Source: a bacterium
GTDB taxonomy: Bacteria > SAR324 > XYD2-FULL-50-16 > G965216635
Direction: 5' to 3'
Assembly: GCA_965216635.1 (NCBI GenBank)
Contig: OZ244188.1
Location: 1,504,001 to 1,568,000 of the forward strand
DNA length: 64,000 nucleotides
Position numbers and translations under genes: made by a program. The notes under the pieces were generated by a model. That model saw only the letters and a list, made by a program, of their open reading frames with translations. It did not search any database and was not told the DNA's origin. Shown in pieces: positions 30,598-40,245 of the stretch (positions within the stretch are counted from its first letter, which is position 1; the number at the start of each line of letters is the position of its first letter).

Positions 30598-31968
30598 ATG
30601 AAAAACATAAATTCCCAAGTTTTAAGGAAAACTTTCGCTGTTCGTTTTACTCTGGTTCGTTTCGTTTTGGCTCGTTTCGTTTTGGCGGCTATTCTTATTC
30701 CCGCTCTTCTTATAGGAAGTGCCTTTACTTTTGGAGGCAGCAAGCTGCAAGCCCAAGCGGTTCAAAGCAGTAGCAAGCAGGGATTTTTCGTTGGCATTGC
30801 CTATTTAAATGGTTTTAAGGTGGATAGCAGCACTAAAACCACTGGAGTCACTAATGCTAATATTGGATTACTAAGTACTACCAGAACATCCTATAATAAT
30901 GTTTCCTATTCACCTATCACCACTAGCATAGAAGCATACGCTACTTCTGACTATGATGATAGTCCTGATGCGAAAGCTGGAATAGAAGCTCTTGTAGTAG
31001 CAAACTGTGAAACAGGAGCAACAAGCTTTGATGCAACCGATGGAACCTATAGGTTTTCAGACGTTAGTAGTAGCTTGATTACCTTTGATGTAGGCACAAG
31101 AGATGAGGTAGGAAACACAAGGAGTGATAATAGCGGAACTGGAACTGGAACTTGGACTTTTGATGTATGTCGTAATCACTTTTCTTCTAATGGTTTAACC
31201 GCTGATGATTTTGCTGATTATACATTGCCTGTAGGTAATACAGTGCAGGGTTCAATATCAACAACAGACACAGACGCATTGACATCAACAACAACCAACA
31301 AGAGCGATAAAATCTCAGGCATTGGTCTGCAATTCAGCTTTAGGTGGGAAAAATGGAGAGCCTCTCTGACCCATTTTACTGGCTCTGGGGGAGCTAACGA
31401 GCTCGCCAATACGCTAGTAATGGCGGATTATTTTGTCAACGAGGATTTTTTTGTAGGAGGCGGTCTAGCGAGTATGAAGCTTACCAATGGCTCTGCCAGC
31501 GGCTCTGCCACAAGTCCCGCGATTCAAGTCGGCTATAAGAAGAACTTAACCCCCAACCTATTCTTTAATTTTGGCTTGACGAAGTATATCTCGGGGGTTT
31601 CTCTAGAAAGTAGCACAGCTCCGACAACTACTCCCTATACTCCCGATCCCACTTTCAAGATTGACAGTACTACAACAAACAGCTTGACCCCTGAACAGAC
31701 AAAAGAAGGAGGATCTGTACTGATTGGACTTGGTTTTGTTGTAAACCCCGATGGGGGGCTTCATAACATTAATATCCCTCCCAGTAAAAAACAAGATAGG
31801 AGAACAGAAGTAACCCAATCTGGAAGCAGAACTGTTACTTACAGAGAAACTATTGAGACTAGCACTACAACCACAACAACAGAAGGAACAACAGAAACAA
31901 CCACCGAAACCGAAGCTGAACTCAAAGCACCCCTCGTCATCAGCATCTCCTTCCACTTGAGTTTTTAA
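30598..31968 (+). CDS. Outer-membrane beta-barrel-like protein with Thr-rich variable inserts
   Basis: Paralog of 3102-4397: LQAQ, KQGFF.GI.YL.GF, EKWRASLTHFTG; terminal Phe. ATG 30598 preferred. Confidence 0.7.
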   Translation: MKNINSQVLRKTFAVRFTLVRFVLARFVLAAILIPALLIGSAFTFGGSKLQAQAVQSSSKQGFFVGIAYLNGFKVDSSTKTTGVTNANIGLLSTTRTSYNNVSYSPITTSIEAYATSDYDDSPDAKAGIEALVVANCETGATSFDATDGTYRFSDVSSSLITFDVGTRDEVGNTRSDNSGTGTGTWTFDVCRNHFSSNGLTADDFADYTLPVGNTVQGSISTTDTDALTSTTTNKSDKISGIGLQFSFRWEKWRASLTHFTGSGGANELANTLVMADYFVNEDFFVGGGLASMKLTNGSASGSATSPAIQVGYKKNLTPNLFFNFGLTKYISGVSLESSTAPTTTPYTPDPTFKIDSTTTNSLTPEQTKEGGSVLIGLGFVVNPDGGLHNINIPPSKKQDRRTEVTQSGSRTVTYRETIETSTTTTTTEGTTETTTETEAELKAPLVISISFHLSF

Positions 31969-32003
31969 GAAAAAAAACTGCAGGGAATTTTATAGCATAA
32001 CAT

Positions 32004-32108
32004 GTAGAGACGCCCTACAGGGCGTCTTATATGATGTGCATAAACCACAAAAAGCTGTTTTTAATAAACGTTCTAAATTTATGAGACGCCCATATAGGAC
32101 GTCTCTAC
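32004..32108. repeat. Inverted pair of GTAG-type REP-like palindromes
   Basis: GTAGAGACGCCCTACAGGGCGTCT ... GAGACGCCCATATAGGACGTCTCTAC. Confidence 0.7.
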
Positions 32109-32305
32109 AGACCTACATAAAATAAAAAATACCTCCCCGCAACGCATTTGTTTTTTTTATTTGCTTTTAAAGTGTTTTTCTGTAATTATTTTTATAAAAA
32201 ATAGCTAGAAACAGAAAAAAACTGCCAATAGCCACTAAATACTATTGACAAGAATTTTTTTTTAACGATTGCTTTGGCTAAACAGAACACAAATTCAAAA
32301 TAGTT

Positions 32306-35185
32306 ATGGACTACAAAACAATATACAAAGAATCCATCACACAAAAAGAGGAGTTTTGGAAGAAGCAAGCACAAAGGATTGTTTGGGATAAAGAGCCGAC
32401 TCAAATTTTAGATGATTCTAATCCTCCTTTTTACCGTTGGTTTAAAGGCGGCAAATTGAACGCTTGCTATAATCTAGTAGATAGGCATGTGAAAGATGGT
32501 TACGGCGAGCAGATTGCCATGATTTACCACAGCGAAATGACAGGAGCTCGGGAAAAAATCAGCTACTTGGAATTGCAAAAACGGGTTTCTCTTTGTGCGG
32601 GGGTGATGAAGTCGCAGGGGTTAGTCAAAGGCGATAGGGCTTTGGTCTACATGCCGATGATTCCAGAGACGCTTGTGGCGATGCTTGCTTGTACTCGTTT
32701 AGGAGTCACCCATTCGGTAGTTTTTGGGGGTTTTGCAGCGACAGAGTTGGCTACTAGAATTAAGGACGCTGATCCTCGTTTGATAATCACTGCATCAGCT
32801 GGACTGGAGCCTAACAGAGTGGTTGTCTATCAAGAAATTATTGAAAAGGCACTAGATATTTGCGGTAAAAATTCTGTAGAAAAAATTTTAATAGTCCAAA
32901 GAGAAGCAGAACATTGGCAAGCAAAACCAGAACGTGATTTGTTTTGGAACGAGGCTATGAAAAATAGCACTCCAGCGGATTGTGTTTCTCTAGATTCGGA
33001 GCACCCGATTTACATACTTTACACTTCTGGCACTACTGGGAAACCTAAAGGGATTGTGCGAGATACGGCTGGACATTTGGTGGCTTTGAAATTTTCTATG
33101 GACAATCTTTATAATATTAAGCAAGGAGAAGTTTGGTGGTCTGCTTCTGATGTGGGTTGGATTGTAGGGCATTCTTACATTGTTTATGCTCCATTACTGC
33201 ACCGCTGCACAACGGTGATTTTTGAAGGAAAACCTGTCGGCACTCCAGACGCCGCAGTTTTTTGGAAAGTTATCAACGACTACAAAGTAGTTTCTATGTT
33301 CACAGCTCCTACAGCTATTCGGGCTATCAAAAAAGAAGACCCTAAAGGAGAAATAGCTCAAAAATACCCAATGCAAGATTTTCGGGCACTTTTTTTAGCA
33401 GGAGAAAGATGCGATCCTGATACACTGAATTGGTCAAAAAATATTTTAAAGGTAGATATTATAGATAACTGGTGGCAAACAGAAACTGGATGGCCCATCT
33501 GTTGTAATCCTATGGGAATAGAGCAGATGTCGGTAAAAGAAGGTTCTTCTACATTTCCCGTGATGGGTTATGAAGTGCAAATATTAGACGATAAGGGGAG
33601 TGAAGTCGCTACTGGTAAAATGGGAAATATCTGTATAAAATTACCACTGCCTCCCGGAACTTTACTTACTCTTTGGAATAACGACGAAGGTTGTAAGGAA
33701 AGCTATTTTAAGAATTTTGCGGGATACTATCAAACTGGAGACGCGGGCTACTTTGACGAAGACGGCTATCTCTTTATTATGTCTCGCACCGATGATATTA
33801 TCAATACTGCTGGACATAGGCTTTCTACAGGAGCGATAGAAGAAGTTTTAGCAAAACACCCTGATGTCGCTGAGTGTGCTGTGACGGGAGTTAAACATAG
33901 CCTCAAAGGAGAAATTCCTTTTGGTTTTTTGGTTTTAAAAAGCGGAGTCGTCAAAGCCACAAAAGAAATTATTAGCGAAGCTACTACAATGGTTCGGGAA
34001 ACTATTGGACCTGTCGCAGCTTTTAAAGAATTATTGATAGTCCCCAAATTACCAAAAACTAGGTCGGGAAAAATTTTGCGGAAAATTTTAAGAGCGATTA
34101 TCAATAAAGAAGAATATAGATTTCCTAGCACGATTGAAGATGTTAGTGTTTTAGATAATATAAAAGAACTATTCAAACCAAAAAACAATATGGATACACA
34201 AAAAGTGTCACCTTTTATGGGGTGGTTGATTGAAAAGGAAGTAGAAGAAAAATGCAGTTTTAAAGAAATTGCAGAATTGCCTGCTGAAGGCGTAACGATT
34301 AAAATTGCTTATAGCACAGTGAATTATAAAGATGCACTTGCACTTTCAAGCAAGGCTCCGATTGCAAGAAGTTTTCCTATGATACCAGGGATTGATCTCG
34401 CTGGAACGGTTGTCTCCGAAGGAAGTAGCGCATTTCCAAAAGGCACAGAAGTTTTTAGTAACGGCTGGGGCGTTGGAGAAAGCCACTGGGGAGGACTCGC
34501 TCAAATGGCCTGTTTGCCAGAAAATTATTTGCAAAAAATACCAAAAACTATAACAGCTAAAAATTGTATGGCGTTAGGCACTGCTGGTTATACCGCAATG
34601 CTTTGTGTTTTGGCTCTGCTAGATAATGGAGTCAAGCCTGATGGTGGCAAAGTTGCTATTACTGGAGCCACAGGCGGTGTGGGTAGTTTTGCGCTTTTAT
34701 TTCTAGCAAAAATGGGTTATGAAATTATCGCTTTTACTGGTAAGGAAGATCAAATAGAAGCACTAAAAAAGCAGGGAGCAAGCTCTGTTTTGATGAGAAA
34801 AGATTTAGAAGAAAAAGCAAAACCCTTAGATAAAGCTGTTTGGAACGCAGCGATTGATACTGTGGGCGGGAATGTTTTATCAAATATCTTAGCAAAAACT
34901 AAAAACGAAGGCGTGGTTTCTATCTGCGGTCTAACAGGAGGGACGGGACTGCATACAACAGTGATGCCTTTTATTTTAAGAGGAGTTCGTTTGATAGGAA
35001 TCAATTCTGTTACTCAAGCTATGAAAAACAGGGAACGAGCTTGGCAAAAAATTGCAGAGCTAGTTAGCTCAGCGGACTGCGAAAATAGAAGCGAATGCGT
35101 TGCTCTAAAAGACGCCCAAGAAAAAGCCGGAGAACTACTACAAGGTAAACTTTCCAAAAGAGTGATTGTAGATTGTCAACAATAA
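32306..35185 (+). CDS. Propionate/acrylate-CoA ligase (PrpE/Acs family) fused to acryloyl-CoA reductase (AcuI/YhdH family)
   Basis: Ligase motifs YTSGTTGKPKG, WWQTETG and LPKTRSGKILR. Then NYKDALA, GTAGYTAMLCV, GATGGVGS and MPFILRGVRLIG. Confidence 0.9.
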   Translation: MDYKTIYKESITQKEEFWKKQAQRIVWDKEPTQILDDSNPPFYRWFKGGKLNACYNLVDRHVKDGYGEQIAMIYHSEMTGAREKISYLELQKRVSLCAGVMKSQGLVKGDRALVYMPMIPETLVAMLACTRLGVTHSVVFGGFAATELATRIKDADPRLIITASAGLEPNRVVVYQEIIEKALDICGKNSVEKILIVQREAEHWQAKPERDLFWNEAMKNSTPADCVSLDSEHPIYILYTSGTTGKPKGIVRDTAGHLVALKFSMDNLYNIKQGEVWWSASDVGWIVGHSYIVYAPLLHRCTTVIFEGKPVGTPDAAVFWKVINDYKVVSMFTAPTAIRAIKKEDPKGEIAQKYPMQDFRALFLAGERCDPDTLNWSKNILKVDIIDNWWQTETGWPICCNPMGIEQMSVKEGSSTFPVMGYEVQILDDKGSEVATGKMGNICIKLPLPPGTLLTLWNNDEGCKESYFKNFAGYYQTGDAGYFDEDGYLFIMSRTDDIINTAGHRLSTGAIEEVLAKHPDVAECAVTGVKHSLKGEIPFGFLVLKSGVVKATKEIISEATTMVRETIGPVAAFKELLIVPKLPKTRSGKILRKILRAIINKEEYRFPSTIEDVSVLDNIKELFKPKNNMDTQKVSPFMGWLIEKEVEEKCSFKEIAELPAEGVTIKIAYSTVNYKDALALSSKAPIARSFPMIPGIDLAGTVVSEGSSAFPKGTEVFSNGWGVGESHWGGLAQMACLPENYLQKIPKTITAKNCMALGTAGYTAMLCVLALLDNGVKPDGGKVAITGATGGVGSFALLFLAKMGYEIIAFTGKEDQIEALKKQGASSVLMRKDLEEKAKPLDKAVWNAAIDTVGGNVLSNILAKTKNEGVVSICGLTGGTGLHTTVMPFILRGVRLIGINSVTQAMKNRERAWQKIAELVSSADCENRSECVALKDAQEKAGELLQGKLSKRVIVDCQQ

Positions 35186-35281
35186 GTCTGCTATGTGTAG
35201 TTTGTAATTTATTTTTTTATTCCTTGATATTTCCTAATTATTAACCCACACTAGTTATTTAAAATAATCTTACAATCTCTG

Positions 35282-35518
35282 ATGGACAAATTAAGCAAAG
35301 AGTATGATTTTTATAAGAAAAACAAACATATTCTACAAAAAAACTATGATAATAAGTATATTGCTTTAAAAAATGGTAAAGTAATAACTAGTGGTGATTC
35401 TAAACCGCAGGTCGTAGATTATATGCTGAAAAACAACCATAGATTAGGTGATTTTCTTGTTCATTTAGTCTCGGATACATCCGATTTGATTTACAGATAC
35501 CACTCACGGGTGTGGTAA
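35282..35518 (+). CDS. Small hypothetical protein (DUF5678-like)
   Basis: EYDFYKKN..L...Y..KYIALKNGKVI pattern. Similar to 2507-2764. Confidence 0.6.
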   Translation: MDKLSKEYDFYKKNKHILQKNYDNKYIALKNGKVITSGDSKPQVVDYMLKNNHRLGDFLVHLVSDTSDLIYRYHSRVW

Positions 35519-35691
35519 TGAAAATTCAAATCTATTTTGAAGCAAGTCCAGAAGGAGGTTATACTTGTTTTGTGCCTTCGTTACCCGGGTGTATTTCAGA
35601 AGGCAATACCAAAGAAGAAGCTATTAGAAATATAAAAGAGGCAATAGATCTTTATCTGGAACCTGTTGAAACAGGTCGTCAGTTTCAATGA
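35518..35691 (+). CDS. HicB-family antitoxin (short, no HicA adjacent)
   Basis: Hand translation MKIQIYFEASPEGGYTCFVPSLPGCISEGNTKEEAIRNIKEAIDLYLEPVETGRQFQ*. Confidence 0.88.
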   Translation: MKIQIYFEASPEGGYTCFVPSLPGCISEGNTKEEAIRNIKEAIDLYLEPVETGRQFQ

Positions 35692-35753
35692 TAAAAAAAA
35701 GTGATTATTGTAGCAAGTAAGATAATATAAACTTAATTAAACTAAATAAAAAA

Positions 35754-36480
35754 ATGGCACTAACAGAAGAATTTGAAAAAACAGGGAACTGGCTATTCCG
35801 CTGGAGAAGTTATCTTCCTGTGGTTTTTATCGGTATACTTTTTCTAGCAGCAGATAAGTATGAATATTTTAGAAACAGTGAATATCTCAATAATTTTTGG
35901 CAAATATTTTGTCTAGGAGTGGGGTTTTTTGGCTTATTTATCCGTATGTTCACGATTTGTCAAACTCCAGAAGCCACTTCTGGTAGAAACACAAAAGAGC
36001 AGGTTGCAAACACTCTAAATACAACAGGCATTTACTCTGCCGTTAGAAATCCGCTTTACTTAGGAAATTTTTTTATGGGTATAGGAGCCGTCTTGGTATT
36101 TCATCAATGGGTGATAGCATTGATTTATGTGCTCTTTTTTTGGCTTTATTACGAACGTATCATTTTTGCAGAAGAATCCTATTTAAAGAAAAAATTTGGT
36201 AAGAGCTATATGGATTGGTCAAATAAAACCCCTGCTTTTATCCCTAGATTTCGTCAGTACAAAAAAGCAGAAGTGTCCTTTTCTCTTAAACGCATTTTAA
36301 GACAAGAATATAATAGTATGTTTGCCTTGATAATTGTGATGTTTGCTTTAGCAAGTTTTTAGTGAATGGTTTGTTGAAGGCGAACTGGATGCAAATTTAG
36401 AATGGATAGTATTATTAGCTAGTGGCTTTATTGTGTGGTTGGTCACAAGAACCCTCAGAAAATGCAAAGTTTTGGGATAA
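35754..36480 (+). pseudogene. ICMT/PEMT-family methyltransferase resembling Leptospira LmtA, with a +1 frameshift near the 3' end
   Basis: GNWLFRWRSY, TSGRNTKEQVA, RNPLYLGN and YYERIIFAEE motifs. Stop at 36362; the last TM helix continues in the +1 frame to TAA 36480. Confidence 0.75.
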
Positions 36481-36505
36481 GATAAAAAAAATTTTCAGCA
36501 AACTT

Positions 36506-37666
36506 ATGAAAATAACACGGCATTTTTTATTGCTGGTTGTCCTCTTAACTTACTGTTTTGGTAGCTTGCAGTTTTTTCTTGTGACTTCTGTTTTGGGGCA
36601 GACTTTAAAAATGCCTCAAGGTTTCAAAATTGAAACTTACGCAAAAATTCATGCTGCAAGACAGATGGCTTTAGCGGATAATGGAGTTGTTTTTGTAGGA
36701 ACTGAAAATGGTAAAATTTATGCTTTAGTGAATAAGCCCAATCAAGATCTACAAAAAATACTAGTTTTTGAGGATTTTAAAATAGGAGCTGGCGTTGCTT
36801 TTGCGAACGGAGCTCTTTATGTGTCGGATAAAAATCGTATTTTTCGCTTTCCCAATATTCTTCAAAAATTAGGGCTTCAAAGATTAGGGCTTAAAAAATT
36901 AGGACAAAAATTAAGCCTTAAAAAATTAGGACAAAAATTAAGTCCAGAATTGGTTACAGATAAATTGCCGCGTAGTGCCTATCACGGAAAAAGGTACCTG
37001 AAATTTTCCCCGAAAAAAGAATTGTTTGTAGCCGTAGGAGCTCCTTGTAATGTCTGTTTAGAAAAAAATCCCGCTTACGCTAGCATTGTAAATTTAGACC
37101 ATGAAACAGGAAACTTTGAAATTTATGCTAAAGGAATAAGAAATAGCGTAGGCTTTGCTTGGCATCCGCAAACAGAGGAGTTGTGGTTCACAGACAACGG
37201 TCGGGATTGGTTAGGAGACGATAATCCTCCCGACGAACTCAACCGTGCTTTTCGGAGTGGATTGCATTTTGGTTTTCCTTATGTGCACGGTGATAATCAA
37301 CCAGATCCAAAGTTTTCCAAAAAACAACCCGCTGCAACCTATCAAAAACCAATGCAAAAATTAGGAGCCCATGTAGCTAGTTTGGGTATGATTTTTTATC
37401 AAGGCAAAATGTTTCCTAAAAAATATAGAGGGCAAATTTTGATTGCGGAGCACGGCTCTTGGAATAGAAGCAAAAAATCAGGATACCGCATCTCTTTGGT
37501 TCGTTTGAAAAAAAACGAAACAATGTCTTACGAGAGTTTTATTTCGGGATGGACAAAAAATGAAAATATCTACGGCAGACCTGTAGATTTACTGGAATTA
37601 GCGGATGGCTCTTTGCTTATTTCCGATGATACTTTTAGTAAAATTTATAGAGTTACTTACAGGTAA
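36506..37666 (+). CDS. PQQ-dependent sugar/sorbosone dehydrogenase family protein
   Basis: GAPCNVC, GIRNSVG, DNGRDWLGDD.PPDELN, AEHGSWNR and GRPVD motifs. Confidence 0.9.
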   Translation: MKITRHFLLLVVLLTYCFGSLQFFLVTSVLGQTLKMPQGFKIETYAKIHAARQMALADNGVVFVGTENGKIYALVNKPNQDLQKILVFEDFKIGAGVAFANGALYVSDKNRIFRFPNILQKLGLQRLGLKKLGQKLSLKKLGQKLSPELVTDKLPRSAYHGKRYLKFSPKKELFVAVGAPCNVCLEKNPAYASIVNLDHETGNFEIYAKGIRNSVGFAWHPQTEELWFTDNGRDWLGDDNPPDELNRAFRSGLHFGFPYVHGDNQPDPKFSKKQPAATYQKPMQKLGAHVASLGMIFYQGKMFPKKYRGQILIAEHGSWNRSKKSGYRISLVRLKKNETMSYESFISGWTKNENIYGRPVDLLELADGSLLISDDTFSKIYRVTYR

Positions 37667-37668
37667 GA

Positions 37669-39180
37669 ATGGATATTTATATCTATAATAGTTTAAGCAA
37701 AAAAAAAGAGCTTTTCATTCCCGCCTGTATTAAAAAAAAACAAAATACTGTCAATGTTTATGTTTGTGGAGTCACTGTCTACGATCTATGCCATCTAGGA
37801 CACGCACGCGGAGCTATTAACTTTGATGTTCTAAAAAGATTTTTAACGGCTCTGGGTTATAAAGTTATATTTGTAAAAAACTATACAGATATTGACGATA
37901 AAATTATAGCCGCAGCACAGGAGCAAAAAATCCCTATCCGAGAATTGACAGAAAAAATGATTGCTGAGCACGACAAGGACATGGCGAGTCTTTTTGTGAT
38001 GCCCGCAGATATAGCTCCCAAAGCTACAGAAAATGTAAGCGAAATGATTGCGATGATAGAAGATTTGGTAGCTAAAGGCTACGCCTATGAGAGCGGAGGA
38101 GATGTTTTTTTTCGTGTTTCTCGGTTTTCAGAATATGGAAAACTCAGCGGCAAAAAAATAAAAGACTTACAAGCTGGCTCTCGTGTAGAAATCAATCACT
38201 TAAAAGAAAATCCTTTAGATTTTGTGCTGTGGAAAGCGAGTAGAGAAAATGAGCCAGCGTGGGATTCTGTTTGGGGAAAGGGCAGACCAGGTTGGCATAT
38301 TGAATGCTCTTGTATGTGCAAAAAATTTATTGCGGGGGAGTTGGATATACACGGAGGCGGAGCAGATCTTATTTTTCCTCACCACGAAAATGAAATAGCG
38401 CAGTCTGAAGCTTTATTTGCTGAAAGTCTATTTGCTGAAAATCCATCTAAAAAAAAATTAGCAAACTACTGGATGCACAACGGAATGATCCAGATTGATG
38501 GAAAAAAAATGTCTAAGTCTTTGGGAAATTTTGCAACCATCCGAGAATTGACAGAGAATTTTGAACCAGAAGTAATCCGTTTTTTTGTTTTACAATCACA
38601 CTACCGACAAGAAGTTGTTTTTTCGTATGAAGCCTTAAAAACTGCACATACCACTTTGGACGCCTTATATTTTAGTTTGCTTGCTTTTTTTGAAGCTTAT
38701 GAGAAAGATTTTGAGGCACTGCAAGATGCCTCAAAAAACACCATTGGGGATGTAGAAATTACAGAATTTTTGGAAGCACTCGCTGATGATTTAAACAGCT
38801 CTGTTGCCATTGCTAAACTTTTGGAATGGAGTAAGGAATTGAATTGTAGCTTAAAAAATAAACAAGGAAAAAACAAAGGCGAAGCAATAAATTGGGCAAA
38901 AAAAATCATCAAAGCATCTCGTATTTTGGGTTTGATCAATCGCCATCCGCAAAAATGGAAATTTGCTGGTTATAATCTAAAAGAAAAATCTTCCCAAAAA
39001 ATTGAAATAAGTAAAACTGAAATAAACCAAGCAGAAATTGAAAAAAAAGTTGAAGCTAGGAATCAAGCAAGAAATGAAAAAAATTGGCAAGAAGCGGATA
39101 AAATCCGAAACGACCTAAAAGCCAGAGGAATAGAATTAAAAGACCAAGCAGGAAAAACTCATTGGTATCGCTCTTCCTAG
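37669..39180 (+). CDS. cysS: Cysteine-tRNA ligase
   Basis: CGVTVYD..HLGH, GRPGWHIECS, FPHHENE and KMSKS motifs. Confidence 0.97.
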   Translation: MDIYIYNSLSKKKELFIPACIKKKQNTVNVYVCGVTVYDLCHLGHARGAINFDVLKRFLTALGYKVIFVKNYTDIDDKIIAAAQEQKIPIRELTEKMIAEHDKDMASLFVMPADIAPKATENVSEMIAMIEDLVAKGYAYESGGDVFFRVSRFSEYGKLSGKKIKDLQAGSRVEINHLKENPLDFVLWKASRENEPAWDSVWGKGRPGWHIECSCMCKKFIAGELDIHGGGADLIFPHHENEIAQSEALFAESLFAENPSKKKLANYWMHNGMIQIDGKKMSKSLGNFATIRELTENFEPEVIRFFVLQSHYRQEVVFSYEALKTAHTTLDALYFSLLAFFEAYEKDFEALQDASKNTIGDVEITEFLEALADDLNSSVAIAKLLEWSKELNCSLKNKQGKNKGEAINWAKKIIKASRILGLINRHPQKWKFAGYNLKEKSSQKIEISKTEINQAEIEKKVEARNQARNEKNWQEADKIRNDLKARGIELKDQAGKTHWYRSS

Positions 39181-39183
39181 TTA

Positions 39184-40146
39184 ATGAACGAAGAACAATA
39201 CACTACCGACCAACATAGCGGAGAAAGATTAGATGTTTTTTTGAGTAGCACTCCAAATATTACTTCTAGAAGCCAAGCACAAAAAATAATTGCAGCGGGA
39301 TTGGTTTTTGTAAATCAAAAAAAAATTCTTTTCAAAGATTACAAATTACAAAAAAACGATGAGATTGTTTTTTCTCATTTACCAGCTCTCCAGTTAGAAT
39401 CTGTAGCCCACCCTCTAGAAATACACTACGAAGACGAGAGCCTACTAGTCGTCTATAAACCAGCTGGCTTGATCGTTCATCCAGCTTCTTCGCACCAAAA
39501 AATTTCCTTAGTGCATTACCTATTAGCCCATACCAAAAACCTATCTAGCGGAAGTAACAATTTAAGAAAAGGTATAGTGCACCGTTTAGACAAGGATACT
39601 TCTGGGATTTTAGTGGTTGCTAAAAATGATTCAGTTCACGCCGATTTAGCGCAACAGTTCAAAGCCCATAGCATCACCCGTAAATACCTTTGTTTTAGTG
39701 TGGGCAAGCCAACATTAAAATCAGGAACGATTGATAAAAAAATCAGACGCCACCCTAAAAAAAGAACTATTTTTTGTGCCATAGACAAAGAAACAAACGA
39801 TGGACTAGGAAAAAACGCCAAAACCGATTGGAAAATTCTGCAAACATTCCAAACTATACACTTACTAGAATGCAGACTACATACAGGCAAGACTCATCAA
39901 ATTAGAGTGCATCTCTCGTCTATTGGAATGCCGCTTTTGGGAGATAAAACCTATGGCAAGCAAAAACCTAGTCTGCTACAAAATTTTAACGACACACAAA
40001 AAGAAGTCATCGCTTCTTTTTCAAGACAGGCTTTGCACGCAGTGGAGCTGGGTTTTCAGCACCCTGTCAGCAAAAAAGAATTATTCTTTTCCCGTCCTAT
40101 GCCTCAAGATATGGAGGATTTGCTAAACTGCCTAAAGACTCATTGA
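39184..40146 (+). CDS. rluD: RluA-family pseudouridine synthase with S4 domain
   Basis: RLDVFL, GIVHRLDKDTSG, TGKTHQIRVH and RQALHA motifs. Confidence 0.9.
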   Translation: MNEEQYTTDQHSGERLDVFLSSTPNITSRSQAQKIIAAGLVFVNQKKILFKDYKLQKNDEIVFSHLPALQLESVAHPLEIHYEDESLLVVYKPAGLIVHPASSHQKISLVHYLLAHTKNLSSGSNNLRKGIVHRLDKDTSGILVVAKNDSVHADLAQQFKAHSITRKYLCFSVGKPTLKSGTIDKKIRRHPKKRTIFCAIDKETNDGLGKNAKTDWKILQTFQTIHLLECRLHTGKTHQIRVHLSSIGMPLLGDKTYGKQKPSLLQNFNDTQKEVIASFSRQALHAVELGFQHPVSKKELFFSRPMPQDMEDLLNCLKTH

Positions 40147-40151
40147 ATCAT

Positions 40152-40245
40152 CCAAATAGGACAAACCAGCTAGGACAAACCAGCTAGGACAAACCAAATA
40201 GGACAAACCAGCTAGGACAAACCAGCTAGGACAAACCAGCTAGGA
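40152..40245. repeat. 14-bp tandem repeat (TAGGACAAACCAGC and variants, about 6.5 units)
   Basis: Contiguous units with no spacers. Confidence 0.92.

Noticed and set aside
40152..40245. Possible CRISPR array
   Set aside because: Units are 14 bp and contiguous, with no unique spacers and no cas genes.
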